Assembly: GCA_963779415.1 (NCBI GenBank)
Contig: CAVZYA010000002.1
Location: 512,001-576,000 of the forward strand
Direction of reading: 5' to 3'
DNA: 64,000 nucleotides
DNA from: an uncultured Acidobacteriota bacterium
GTDB lineage: Bacteria; Acidobacteriota; Thermoanaerobaculia; UBA5066
How positions within the stretch are numbered: position 1 is the first letter of the stretch; the number at the start of each line of letters is the position of its first letter. A program made the translations under genes and the position numbers. The notes beneath the pieces are model-generated. The model saw only the letters and a list, made by a program, of their open reading frames with translations, was not told the DNA's origin and did not search any database. Positions 37,544 to 46,575 of the stretch are shown piece by piece.

Positions 37544-39159
37544 CGCGGCATCTCCCCCTTCATCGCTCGGGGAGGCGCGGCCAGGGTGCCTTCTTTCCGA
37601 CTGACGAAGAGTTCGGCCCGGTTGTTCGCCGTCAGATAGGTCCGGGCCACGCGCCGGACGTCCTCGGCGGTGACGGCGGCGGCCTTCCTCGGTCCCTCGT
37701 TCATCTCCCGCCAGTCGCCGTATCCCTCGTAGACCATCAGCTGCAGCAGGATGAAGAAGTTGCTCGAGAGGCGCCGGAACGAAGCCGCCGCGACATTGTT
37801 CTTGACCTTCCGGAGCTCCTCTTCGGGGGCGAGGTCCGTCTTCAGCTTCTCGATCTCGGCGAGCGCCCCCTTCTCGACCTCCTCGAGCGATTTCCCCTCC
37901 TTCGCCTCGGCGTCGATCAGGAACCCGCCGGCGTACTTCTGCGGCTCCATCAGCTCCCCCGCCGAGGCCCGCGCCTTCGTGGCGACGGCGCCGGCCGGGA
38001 GGACGAGGGCTTTGTCGAGCCGCCCCGTCCGGCCGTTCAGGAGGCCGGCGAGGATCTGGAGCGCGTAGGAGTCCCGGTGCTCGAAGGGAACGGTGTGCCA
38101 GCGGATCGAAACCTCCGGGTTCGTCTCGGCTTCGCCCGTGACGCGGACCTCGGCATCCCACTTCGGGGGAGCCGTGATGACCTCCGGCGGAGGATTCTTC
38201 CCGCGCGGGATCCGGCCGAAGTACCTCTCCGCGAGGGCCGCGGCCTGGGTCGGGTCGACGTCGCCGACGAGGATGGCCGTCACGTTGTTCGGAGCGTAGT
38301 AGAGGGCGTAGTAGTCGTCGGCCTGCTGCTTCGTGATGGCCGCGAGATCCGACGGGTAGCCGATGGCGGGCCACGCATACGGGGAGCTGTGCCAGAAGAT
38401 CTCCCCGAAGGCCTCCTCGAGCTTCCCGGTCGGCGTCGACTCGACGCTCCGGCGCCGCTCCTCGTAGACGACGTCCCGCTCGGCGTAGAACTCGCGGAAC
38501 ACCGGGTTCTTCAGTCGGTCCGACTCCAGCCACATCCAGAGCTCGAGCTTGTTCTTCGGGACGTTGACCCAGTAGCCGGTCATGTCCTCGGCCGTGAAGG
38601 CGTTCATGCCGGAGGCCCCCTGGGCCGAGTAGATCTTGTCGAACTCGTTCTTCACGAGGAGGTCGCGCTGGGCCTTGACGAGCTCGTCGAACTGCTTCTC
38701 CAGCTCCTTGTAGCGGACCGTCTTGTTCTCGGGCTTCGTGAGGTCGTCGATCTCGCCGCGCCGCCACGCCGCGCGCATCTTCGAGACCTCCTCGCGCATC
38801 GCCGTCCGGACTTTCTCCTGCTCCTCGATCAGGGCGAGATCCTTCGCGCTGTCCTTCGCGGGGTCCTTCAGGCCGATCGTCGGCGTTCCCTTGAACATCA
38901 TGTGCTCGAAGAGGTGGCTGATCCCGGTGATGCCGGGACGCTCGTTGGCGCTCCCGACGTGGGCGACCCACCCGCACGCGATCGTAGGCTCGTCCTTCCG
39001 GGGGAGAACGAGAAGCTTCATCCCGTTGGAAAGCGTCGTTTCCTCCACTTTCAGCTCCTGGGAGCCGGCAGGGCCGGCTGACAGAAGAAGGCCGGCGAGA
39101 AAAAGCGATCCCGTCGCCGCGGCGCGCCGCCGCGGGCGGCGGGAGAAGATGGCGTTCAT
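37540..39159 (-). CDS. M16 zinc peptidase, catalytic subunit
   Basis: GISHLFEHMMFKG (HxxEH), NAFT, ESDR, ERDVVYEERR, YYAPNN. Confidence 0.93.
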   Translation of the reverse strand: MNAIFSRRPRRRAAATGSLFLAGLLLSAGPAGSQELKVEETTLSNGMKLLVLPRKDEPTIACGWVAHVGSANERPGITGISHLFEHMMFKGTPTIGLKDPAKDSAKDLALIEEQEKVRTAMREEVSKMRAAWRRGEIDDLTKPENKTVRYKELEKQFDELVKAQRDLLVKNEFDKIYSAQGASGMNAFTAEDMTGYWVNVPKNKLELWMWLESDRLKNPVFREFYAERDVVYEERRRSVESTPTGKLEEAFGEIFWHSSPYAWPAIGYPSDLAAITKQQADDYYALYYAPNNVTAILVGDVDPTQAAALAERYFGRIPRGKNPPPEVITAPPKWDAEVRVTGEAETNPEVSIRWHTVPFEHRDSYALQILAGLLNGRTGRLDKALVLPAGAVATKARASAGELMEPQKYAGGFLIDAEAKEGKSLEEVEKGALAEIEKLKTDLAPEEELRKVKNNVAAASFRRLSSNFFILLQLMVYEGYGDWREMNEGPRKAAAVTAEDVRRVARTYLTANNRAELFVSRKEGTLAAPPRAMKGEMPR

Positions 39160-39263
39160 AGGCACCTCGGGCTCGGTCGAGCCGGCCGCGAGTTTAGGAC
39201 GAGGAGGGGCTGGCGGCGGGTTTCCGAGGCGCTCGGGGCCGGTGTGTCGCATGATCGGGCTTC

Positions 39264-41603
39264 ATGGAGCCCTTCCGCGTCGGCGACGAGATCCCGCTTC
39301 CCGAGCTGGCCCGCCAGCAAGGGCTCGGGAGTCCGAATGTCGTCGTCGAGAAGGTGATCCGGGGCGGGATGAGCGTCTGTGCGCTCGTCCGACCGCACGG
39401 CCTCGGCGCAAGCTACGCGCTGAAGGTTCCTGCGGCGGAGCTCGTCACGGACCCGGGCGCGATGGAGCGGTTCCTCGACGAGCTCCGGGTCTGGCTGACG
39501 CTCTCGGCCTGCGAAGGGGTCGTCGAGGCTCTCTGCGTCTTCCGTTTCGGAGGGCTTCCGGCCGTCGTCTCGAGGTGGATGGAGGGGGGGAGCCTCCGGC
39601 ACAAGATGAACCGCCGCGATCCGGAGTTCTTCTACGGGACGATGCTCCGGCTCATCGGGGCGCTCGAATGGGCGGCGAAGAAACGCGGCGTCCTTCACCG
39701 GGATCTGAAGCCGGAGAACGTCCTCTTCGACGACCTCGGCCGGGCCCATCTTTCCGACTGGGGGATCGCCGACTTCCTCGAAGAGGGGACCGACGGACTG
39801 AGACGCGCCCCCGGCGGGACGGTCCTGAAGGGAAAAGGGGTCAAGGCCCGGCTCATCCTCGGCACGGTAACGTACGCGTCGCCCGAGCAGCTCCTCGGGG
39901 GCGTTCCGGTCGACCACCGCGCCGACATCTACTCCCTCGGCACGATCATGTACGAGTGGGAGGCGGGCGAGACCCCCTTCTCCGGCGGCACGTGGGAGGA
40001 GATCCGCAAGCGGAAGCTCTTCGAAAACGCGAAGACGCTGGGCGGTTTCCTCCGCCGGACGACCTTCGGCGCCGAGGAGGTCATCGCGCGGTGCCTCGCG
40101 CGTGAGCGGGGAAACCGGTACGACGACTATCGTGCCCTCGCGGACGCCCTCGTCAACGCCGCCGACACGCGCGGCGTGAAGGTGATGCGGCACACCCCCC
40201 GCATGCGCTATCAGACCGACCTTCTCGACGCCGAGGCGCTGAAGGGCCGGATGTCCATTCACGGCTTCGTCTCGGCGGGCGGGACGGACGGACGCCGGGC
40301 CTCGGTTGCGTGGGAGCGGGCCCGGGAAGCGGTGGACAAGGCGGAGACGTTCGAGAGGGAAGAGAACTGGGTGGAGGCTCACGAACTCTACGCGCGTTTC
40401 TTCATGCCCTCTCTCGTCAAGGATCTCCCGGACGATCCGCTCCAGCAGACGCTGGCCCTCGGGGTGGCGCGGACGCTCCTCCGCCTCGGCAAGCCGGACG
40501 AGGCGCTCCGGAGCCTCGACGCGCTGGCGGGCGCCTCGGTCCGACCCCGCGAGGCGACCATTCTCGCCGTGGAGGCAAGCCTCGAGCGCGGAGATCCGGC
40601 CCACGCCGAGCGGATCGCCTACGCGGCCACGGCCGGCCGGCGGGAAGACGGCGAGCTTCTCGATCTCCTCCTTCGCGCGCAGATCGCGCTCGGGCAGGAC
40701 GAGGCCGCTCTCGAAACGGTCCGACGCCTGATGGCCGTGGAAGGACCGACGCCGCCCGTTCTCCTGTCGCTTTCGGACCTCCTCGTCCGGACGGCGGCGG
40801 CGCGCCCCGAAGCCGAGAGGCCGGAGACGGTGCGGCGCCTCGGGGAGGCTGTGGCGCGACTCGGCGACCAGAATCTCCGCGAGGCCGAACCGGAGGAAAC
40901 GCTGATGACCGCGTCGCGCGCCCTTGCCGCCGCCGAGCGGTGGGAGGAGGCTCTCGCCGGCCTCGGCGCGGCGCCGAAGGCCGGGGAGGATGCCGCCTGT
41001 GCGCGAGCCGAGCTTCTGGCCCGGACTCTGGTCGACTCCGGGCGATACGTGGAGTGCGTCTCCGGCGTGCAGGGGTGGCTCTCCGCGTGGCCGTCGAGCA
41101 TGGCGATCCGCCGATGTGCGGCGGAGGCTCTCGCCTTCGCCCTTGCCGAGGGGCTCCCCGTTCCGGGAGGCGAGAAGTCGGGCGAAGCGGCGCGGCGGGC
41201 TCTCGAGAGCGGTCTTCGCGACAGACCCGAGCCGGGGATCCTCGTCGCGCTCGCGCGCTCCTTCGAGTGGACGGGAGACCGGCGGAAGGCGCTCGACCTC
41301 CTCGAAGGGGGACGCGCGACTTTTGCCGGGAACTTCCGGGTCCGGATCGCGCTCGCGCGGACGCTCGAAAGGGACGGGCAGCTCGCGAGAGCCGTCGTTA
41401 TTGCGGAGGAAGCCGCCGCGGCGGGCCCGTACCGGCCCGACGCGTGGAGGACGCTCGCGGAGATCCGGAGCGCGCTGGGGCAGACGGCCGAAGCCGCCGC
41501 GGCGAGCCGGAGAGCGGCCGACGTCGAGCGCGAGCTGGCAGACGTTTGGCGCGATGGCGCGACGGCCGGCGGGGCTGCCGCCGCACCGCCTTCGAATCGC
41601 TAG
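39264..41603 (+). CDS. Ser/Thr protein kinase with C-terminal TPRs
   Basis: GGMS, YALK, HRDLKPEN, SDWG, GTVTYASPE, DIYSLG; helical repeats. Confidence 0.9.
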   Translation: MEPFRVGDEIPLPELARQQGLGSPNVVVEKVIRGGMSVCALVRPHGLGASYALKVPAAELVTDPGAMERFLDELRVWLTLSACEGVVEALCVFRFGGLPAVVSRWMEGGSLRHKMNRRDPEFFYGTMLRLIGALEWAAKKRGVLHRDLKPENVLFDDLGRAHLSDWGIADFLEEGTDGLRRAPGGTVLKGKGVKARLILGTVTYASPEQLLGGVPVDHRADIYSLGTIMYEWEAGETPFSGGTWEEIRKRKLFENAKTLGGFLRRTTFGAEEVIARCLARERGNRYDDYRALADALVNAADTRGVKVMRHTPRMRYQTDLLDAEALKGRMSIHGFVSAGGTDGRRASVAWERAREAVDKAETFEREENWVEAHELYARFFMPSLVKDLPDDPLQQTLALGVARTLLRLGKPDEALRSLDALAGASVRPREATILAVEASLERGDPAHAERIAYAATAGRREDGELLDLLLRAQIALGQDEAALETVRRLMAVEGPTPPVLLSLSDLLVRTAAARPEAERPETVRRLGEAVARLGDQNLREAEPEETLMTASRALAAAERWEEALAGLGAAPKAGEDAACARAELLARTLVDSGRYVECVSGVQGWLSAWPSSMAIRRCAAEALAFALAEGLPVPGGEKSGEAARRALESGLRDRPEPGILVALARSFEWTGDRRKALDLLEGGRATFAGNFRVRIALARTLERDGQLARAVVIAEEAAAAGPYRPDAWRTLAEIRSALGQTAEAAAASRRAADVERELADVWRDGATAGGAAAAPPSNR

Positions 41604-42304
41604 AGGAACCGCCGGATCGCCTCGTTCCAGAACGGCCAGTCGTGGCCGAAGACGCCCGGCCAGAACTCGGCGTGGCAAGGGATCCCCTTGCCCTGAAGCA
41701 GCTCCGCGAAGTCGCGGTTCTGCCGGATCAGCGAGTCGTACTCTCCCGTCGCGACGATCCACTCGACGCCGCGGAGCCGCGCGCACCAGTCGCCGTCCAT
41801 GTTCGCGATGTAGGCGGCCGGAGAGTGGTAGTACGCCAGGTCGTCCCAGTACCCGTCGAGGTACCGGCCGACGTGGTAGAGGCCGGAGAAGCAGATCGCC
41901 TTCGTGATCCGGCCCGGATAGCGCCCGGCGACGTTCGCGGCGTGGTAGGCGCCGAAGGAGGCGCCCCCCACGGCCACGTTCCCTCCCGTCCGGCCCTCGA
42001 CGAGGGGGAGCATCTCGTCGCGGAGATACCGGTCGTACGCGTCGTGGCGGAGGAGGCGGTCGCGCGGCGGGACGGCCGTGTTGTACCAGCTCTCGGCGTC
42101 GACCGAGTCGACGCAGACGATCTGAACGTGCCCGGCGTCCACCTTGTCCGCGAGCGCGCCGACGAGGCCGAAGTCCTCGTTCTGGTAGAAGCGCCCCATC
42201 GACGTCGGGAAGAGGAGAAGCGGCCGGCCGCGTTCGCCGAACCAGAGGTACTCCATCGTCCGGCCGAGAGCCGGGCTGAACCACGAACCGTAATCGCGTC
42301 GCAT
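41600..42304 (-). CDS. Putative esterase (alpha/beta hydrolase)
   Basis: WFSPALGR, LLFPTSMG, GASFGAYH, HDWPFW. Confidence 0.88.
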   Translation of the reverse strand: MRRDYGSWFSPALGRTMEYLWFGERGRPLLLFPTSMGRFYQNEDFGLVGALADKVDAGHVQIVCVDSVDAESWYNTAVPPRDRLLRHDAYDRYLRDEMLPLVEGRTGGNVAVGGASFGAYHAANVAGRYPGRITKAICFSGLYHVGRYLDGYWDDLAYYHSPAAYIANMDGDWCARLRGVEWIVATGEYDSLIRQNRDFAELLQGKGIPCHAEFWPGVFGHDWPFWNEAIRRFL

Positions 42305-42367
42305 GGCGGCGGAGTCTACGACGGCCCCTGCTAGGATTCGCGCGCCGCGCGGAGGTCGGATCACGCC

Positions 42368-43326
42368 ATGTCGAAGAAGCGCATCGGAATCCTGTTCGGG
42401 ATGGAGGACACGTTTCCCTGGGCCCTGATCGACGTCATCAACGACCGGGCTGGCGCCGCCGGCGAGGCGATCGAAGCGTCGCCCGTCTCGATCGGGGCGG
42501 TCCGGCAGGACGTCCCGCCGGCGTACGACGTGATCCTCGACCGGATCAGCCACGAGGTCCCGTTCTACCGGACGTTTCCTGAAGGTCGCCGTCGCGGGGG
42601 GAACGGACGTCATCAACAACCCGCTCTGGGGGGCCGCGGACGACAAGTTCTTCGACAACGTCGTCGCCCTCGCCGCGAATGTCGCCGTGCCGAAGACGGT
42701 CCTCCTGCCGCACAAGCAGCACCCGCCCAACACGACGGCGAAGAGCTTCCGGAACCTGACCTGGGTCGACTGGGACGGCGTCTTCTCGTACCTCGGCTTC
42801 CCGATCTTCCTGAAACCGGCCTACGGCGGCGGCTGGAAGGACGTCACCAGGTGCGACGACCGGGAGGCGTTCTTTTCGGCCTACGACCAGACGCGCGACC
42901 TCGCGATGATGGCGCAGGAGGCGATCGCCTTCACGGACTACTACCGCTGCTACGTCGTCGGCCGGTCGCGCGTGAAGATCATGCCGTACGCCCCGGACCA
43001 GCCGCATGCCCTCCGCTACGCGGGGGCCGCGGGACGGAGCGTGCCCTCGCCGATGGCGCGAGCGGGTGACGCGCGACGCGATCGCCCTCTGCGACGCCCT
43101 GGGGTACGACCTGAACACGGCCGAGTTCGCCGTCCGCGACGGCATTCCGTACGCGATCGACTTCATGAACGCGGCCCCGGACGCCGACGTCGCCTCGGTC
43201 GGCGAGGAGAACTTCCGGTGGATCGTCGACGCCATGGCCGATCTCCTGATGGAGCGGGCGCGAAGGCCGAGGCCGTTCGAGCCGACGGGCTCGTGGCCGG
43301 AAACGGTCCACCGCCTCCCGGCGTGA
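42368..43326 (+). CDS. RimK-like ATP-grasp ligase (frameshifts near 42577 and 43055)
   Basis: KRIGILFGME, DRISHEVPFYR, VINNP, DDKFF, KPAYGGGWK, QEAI, NTAEFAVRDGIPYAIDFMN. Confidence 0.82.
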
Positions 43327-44786
43327 CGGCACTCTTCACCGCGGGAGAGGTTCTCCGCGCCACGGGGGGCGGGCTCCGGGACGGCGGCGGCGCGGGGACG
43401 TTCGGCGGCATCTCGACCGACACCCGGACGATCGTTCCCGGTTCGCTCTTCGTCGCCCTGAAGGGGGAGCGGTTCGACGCCCATGACTTCCTTCCGGAAG
43501 CGAAGGCGAAGGGCGCGGCCGCCGCCGTCGTCCGGACCGGGACCCCCGCGGTCCCCGGCCTTCCGCTCTTTCTCGTCGACGATCCCCTTCGGGCGCTCGG
43601 AGCCCTCGCAGCGCTCCACCGGCGGCGGTTCTCGATTCCGGTGGCGGCGGTCGCGGGATCGAACGGCAAGACGACGACGAAGGAGATGCTCGCGTCCATT
43701 CTCCGGACGCGCGGTCCCGCGCTCGCGACGGAAGGGAACCTCAACAACGAGGTGGGCGTCCCGCTCACGCTCCTCAGGCTCGCACAGGAGCACCGGGCCG
43801 CCGCCGTGGAGCTCGGGATGTCGGCGCCGGGGGAGCTCGAACGCCTCACGGCGATGGCAAAGCCCGACTCCGGGGTCGTGACGCTCGTCGCGGCCGAGCA
43901 CCTCGAGTTCCTGAAGGATCTGGACGGCGTCGCCGAGGCCGAAGGGGAGCTCTACCGCGGCCTCCTTCCGGGCTCGGTCGCCGTCGTCAACGCGGACGAT
44001 CCGCGCGGCGTTGCGCAGGCGGAGCGGGTCGCGAACGGCGTCAGGAAGATTTTTTTCGGGAAGAGTCTGAATGCGGACCTCAGGCTCGTCGAGTCGACTT
44101 CTCTCGGGATGGAAGGGCAGGAGATCTGCTTGGAAGGGGAAGAGGGGATTGGCGAAGAAGGCCGTCTGCTTCGTGACCCTGACCTACAGCGCAGCAGAGT
44201 CAAGGCGAGACTGGGGTTCGTCGGGGAGCACAACGCGATGAACGCGGCGGCGGCCGCGGCCGTGGCCCTTTCTCTCTCCTTCACCTTCGAAGAGATCTCT
44301 CGCGGTCTCTCTTCGGCCCGACCGTATCAGCATCGCTCGCGCGTGGTGGCCGGCACAGGTGGGGTGACGATTCTCGACGACTGTTACAACGCGTCGCCCG
44401 CGTCGATGGAGGCGGCGCTTGCGACACTCGCCTCCCTGGCACGAGCCGGCGCGGACGCCCCGGGTCGCCGGGTCGCTGTCCTCGGCGACATGCTGGAGCT
44501 GGGCGAGGCGGAAGAAAGCGCGCACCGGGATCTGGGCCGGAGCGCGCGGGGCCGCGTGGACGTCGCAGCCTTCTTCGGCCCGCGGTCCCTCCACTCCTTC
44601 GAAGAGTTTTCTTCTCCGTCCACTTCGTCCGCTTCTTCTTCGGCTCACTTCACCGAGGTCGCGCCTCTACTCGCATGGCTTCGCCCGCAGCTCCGGCCGG
44701 GCGACCTGCTCCTCGTCAAGGGGAGCCGGGGGATGAAGCTCGAGCGGGTCGTCGACGCTCTTACGGGAGGGTCTGGGCCCCGATAG
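43323..44786 (+). CDS. murF: UDP-MurNAc-tripeptide--D-Ala-D-Ala ligase
   Basis: STDTR, LKGERFDAH, GSNGKTTTKE, GNLNNEVGVP, DDCYNASP, VLGDMLELG, LVKGSRG. Confidence 0.95.
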   Translation: MTALFTAGEVLRATGGGLRDGGGAGTFGGISTDTRTIVPGSLFVALKGERFDAHDFLPEAKAKGAAAAVVRTGTPAVPGLPLFLVDDPLRALGALAALHRRRFSIPVAAVAGSNGKTTTKEMLASILRTRGPALATEGNLNNEVGVPLTLLRLAQEHRAAAVELGMSAPGELERLTAMAKPDSGVVTLVAAEHLEFLKDLDGVAEAEGELYRGLLPGSVAVVNADDPRGVAQAERVANGVRKIFFGKSLNADLRLVESTSLGMEGQEICLEGEEGIGEEGRLLRDPDLQRSRVKARLGFVGEHNAMNAAAAAAVALSLSFTFEEISRGLSSARPYQHRSRVVAGTGGVTILDDCYNASPASMEAALATLASLARAGADAPGRRVAVLGDMLELGEAEESAHRDLGRSARGRVDVAAFFGPRSLHSFEEFSSPSTSSASSSAHFTEVAPLLAWLRPQLRPGDLLLVKGSRGMKLERVVDALTGGSGPR

Positions 44787-45255
44787 CCTTCTCCTGACCG
44801 GCCCGGAACCGACGGAGCTTCGCCCGGAGCGAACCGTCCGTCCTCGCGAGGATCGCGATGGCGAGGAGCGCGGCGTTCGTCGCTCCGGCCTTGCCGATCG
44901 CGAGCGTCCCGACGGGAATGCCTCCGGGCATCTGAACGGTCGAAAGGAGCGAATCGAGCCCCTTCAGCGACGGGCTCTCCATCGGGACGCCGAGGACCGG
45001 CACGAGCGTCTGGGCGGCGAGGACTCCGGCCAGGTGCGCCGCCCCCCCGGCCGCCGCGATGATCACCGCGAGGCCGCGCCTCTCGGCGGCCGCGGCCCAG
45101 GCCGATGTCAGCTTCGGGCTCCGGTGGGCAGAGAGGACACGACACTCGTGCGCGACGCCGAACCGGGTCAGGACTTCGTCCGCGTGCTTCATCGTCTCCC
45201 AGTCGGACTTGCTCCCCATCACGACACCCACGAGGGGCTTTGCGTCTTTCGGCAT
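44761..45255 (-). CDS. purE: N5-CAIR mutase
   Basis: VMGSKSD, SAHRSP, AGGAAHL, GLDSLLSTVQMPGGIPV. Confidence 0.97.
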   Translation of the reverse strand: MPKDAKPLVGVVMGSKSDWETMKHADEVLTRFGVAHECRVLSAHRSPKLTSAWAAAAERRGLAVIIAAAGGAAHLAGVLAAQTLVPVLGVPMESPSLKGLDSLLSTVQMPGGIPVGTLAIGKAGATNAALLAIAILARTDGSLRAKLRRFRAGQEKAIGAQTLP

Positions 45256-45354
45256 GGCGAAAGCTTAATCCGGATCCGCTCCGCGCGGGACGGAAGGGGC
45301 TGTCGCGGAGCCTTCGAGGAGGGAGAAGACATTCGCGAAGTAGACTCCGTCTCC

Positions 45355-46575
45355 ATGCATCAGGCCTTCCGGGCGGCATACAACGCCGCCTTCACGGAGG
45401 CGCTCTGGCGCCGCCAGACGGCGGAGCTGGAGCGCCGCGCCGGCGCCGCCGCCGGTTTTCGTCTCGCCGAGACGCCGGTCTTTCTGACCGAGGATCTCTC
45501 GACGCGGCTCGTCGAAGCGGCGGAGGGGATCGTCGCGGAGGTGTCGGCCCCGGCCCTCCGGCCGCGGATGACGGCGGCGATTCCGCCGGAGTGGAACGCG
45601 CCCGGGATGGCGGAGCTTCCGGAGATGGCGCAGGTCGATCTCGCCGTCGTCGAGGGACCGGAGGGGCGCCTCGTTCCGCGCCTCATCGAGCTGCAGGGCT
45701 TCCCGTCGCTCTCCGCGTTCGAGGTCCTCCAGGCGGACGTCTGGAGCGAATGCCTGCAGGGGATCCCCGGTCTCCCCTCCGGGAGGTGGAGTCCCTATTT
45801 CTCGAATCTGTCGCGCGCGGGGTACCTCGATCTCTTCCGCCGGACGATCGTCGGGGCCGAAGATCCGGAAGAGGTCGTCCTTCTCGACCTCCACCCGGCG
45901 GAGCAGAAGACGTACATCGACTTCGCGGCGACGGAGCGTCTTCTCGGCATCAAGGCCGTCGACCCGCGACACCTCGTCAAGGAGGGGCGGCGACTCTTCC
46001 GCGACGACGGCGGGCGGCGGATCCCGGTCCGGCGGATCTACAACCGGATCGTCTTCGACGAGCTGATCCGGGCGGGGGCGCGCCTCCCCTTCGACTATCG
46101 CGAGGAGCTCGACGTCGCATGGGTCCCGCACCCGAACTGGTACTGGACGTGGTCGAAGCACTCGATCCCGCTCCTGACGCACCCGGCCGTCCCGAAGGCG
46201 ACGTACCTGTCGGATCTCCCGGAGGTCCCGCCGGATCTCACGTCGCGCTACGTCCTCAAGCCCCTCTTCTCGTTCGCGGGGGGCGGGGTGAACGTGGAGC
46301 CGACCCCGGCCGATCTCGGCCGGATCCCCGGGGAGCAGCGCTCGGCCTGGTGCCTTCAGGAGAAAATCACCTACGCGCCGTGCGTTCCGGCCGGCGACGG
46401 GGGAGGGGTAAAAGTGGAGATCCGGATGATGTTCTACCGTCCGGCCGGGACGGACCGCCTCGTCCTCGGCCTCAACCTCTGCCGGCTCTCGCGCGGGAAG
46501 ATGCTCGGCGTCGACTTCAACAAGAACTTCACCTGGGTCGGCTCGTCGGTCGCCCTGAGGGTGAGCCTGACATGA
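45355..46575 (+). CDS. Circularly permuted ATP-grasp / glutathionylspermidine-synthase-like protein
   Basis: FRLAETP, PRLIELQGFPS, QKTYIDF, RRIYNRIVFDE, HPNWY..SK, VLKPLFSFAG, LQEK. Confidence 0.7.
   Translation: MHQAFRAAYNAAFTEALWRRQTAELERRAGAAAGFRLAETPVFLTEDLSTRLVEAAEGIVAEVSAPALRPRMTAAIPPEWNAPGMAELPEMAQVDLAVVEGPEGRLVPRLIELQGFPSLSAFEVLQADVWSECLQGIPGLPSGRWSPYFSNLSRAGYLDLFRRTIVGAEDPEEVVLLDLHPAEQKTYIDFAATERLLGIKAVDPRHLVKEGRRLFRDDGGRRIPVRRIYNRIVFDELIRAGARLPFDYREELDVAWVPHPNWYWTWSKHSIPLLTHPAVPKATYLSDLPEVPPDLTSRYVLKPLFSFAGGGVNVEPTPADLGRIPGEQRSAWCLQEKITYAPCVPAGDGGGVKVEIRMMFYRPAGTDRLVLGLNLCRLSRGKMLGVDFNKNFTWVGSSVALRVSLT

Noticed and set aside
33800-38977. 1725-aa 'giant' ORF suggesting an M16-DPP IV fusion
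   Set aside because: Chimera of an off-frame region, the M16 subunit and the S9 peptidase, caused by the indel near 36600. The S9 gene has its own GTG start and signal peptide.
42687-44786. Apparent ATP-grasp-MurF fusion (699 aa)
   Set aside because: A frameshift near 43055 puts the true ATP-grasp C-terminus in another frame, ending at 43326. murF starts separately at 43323.
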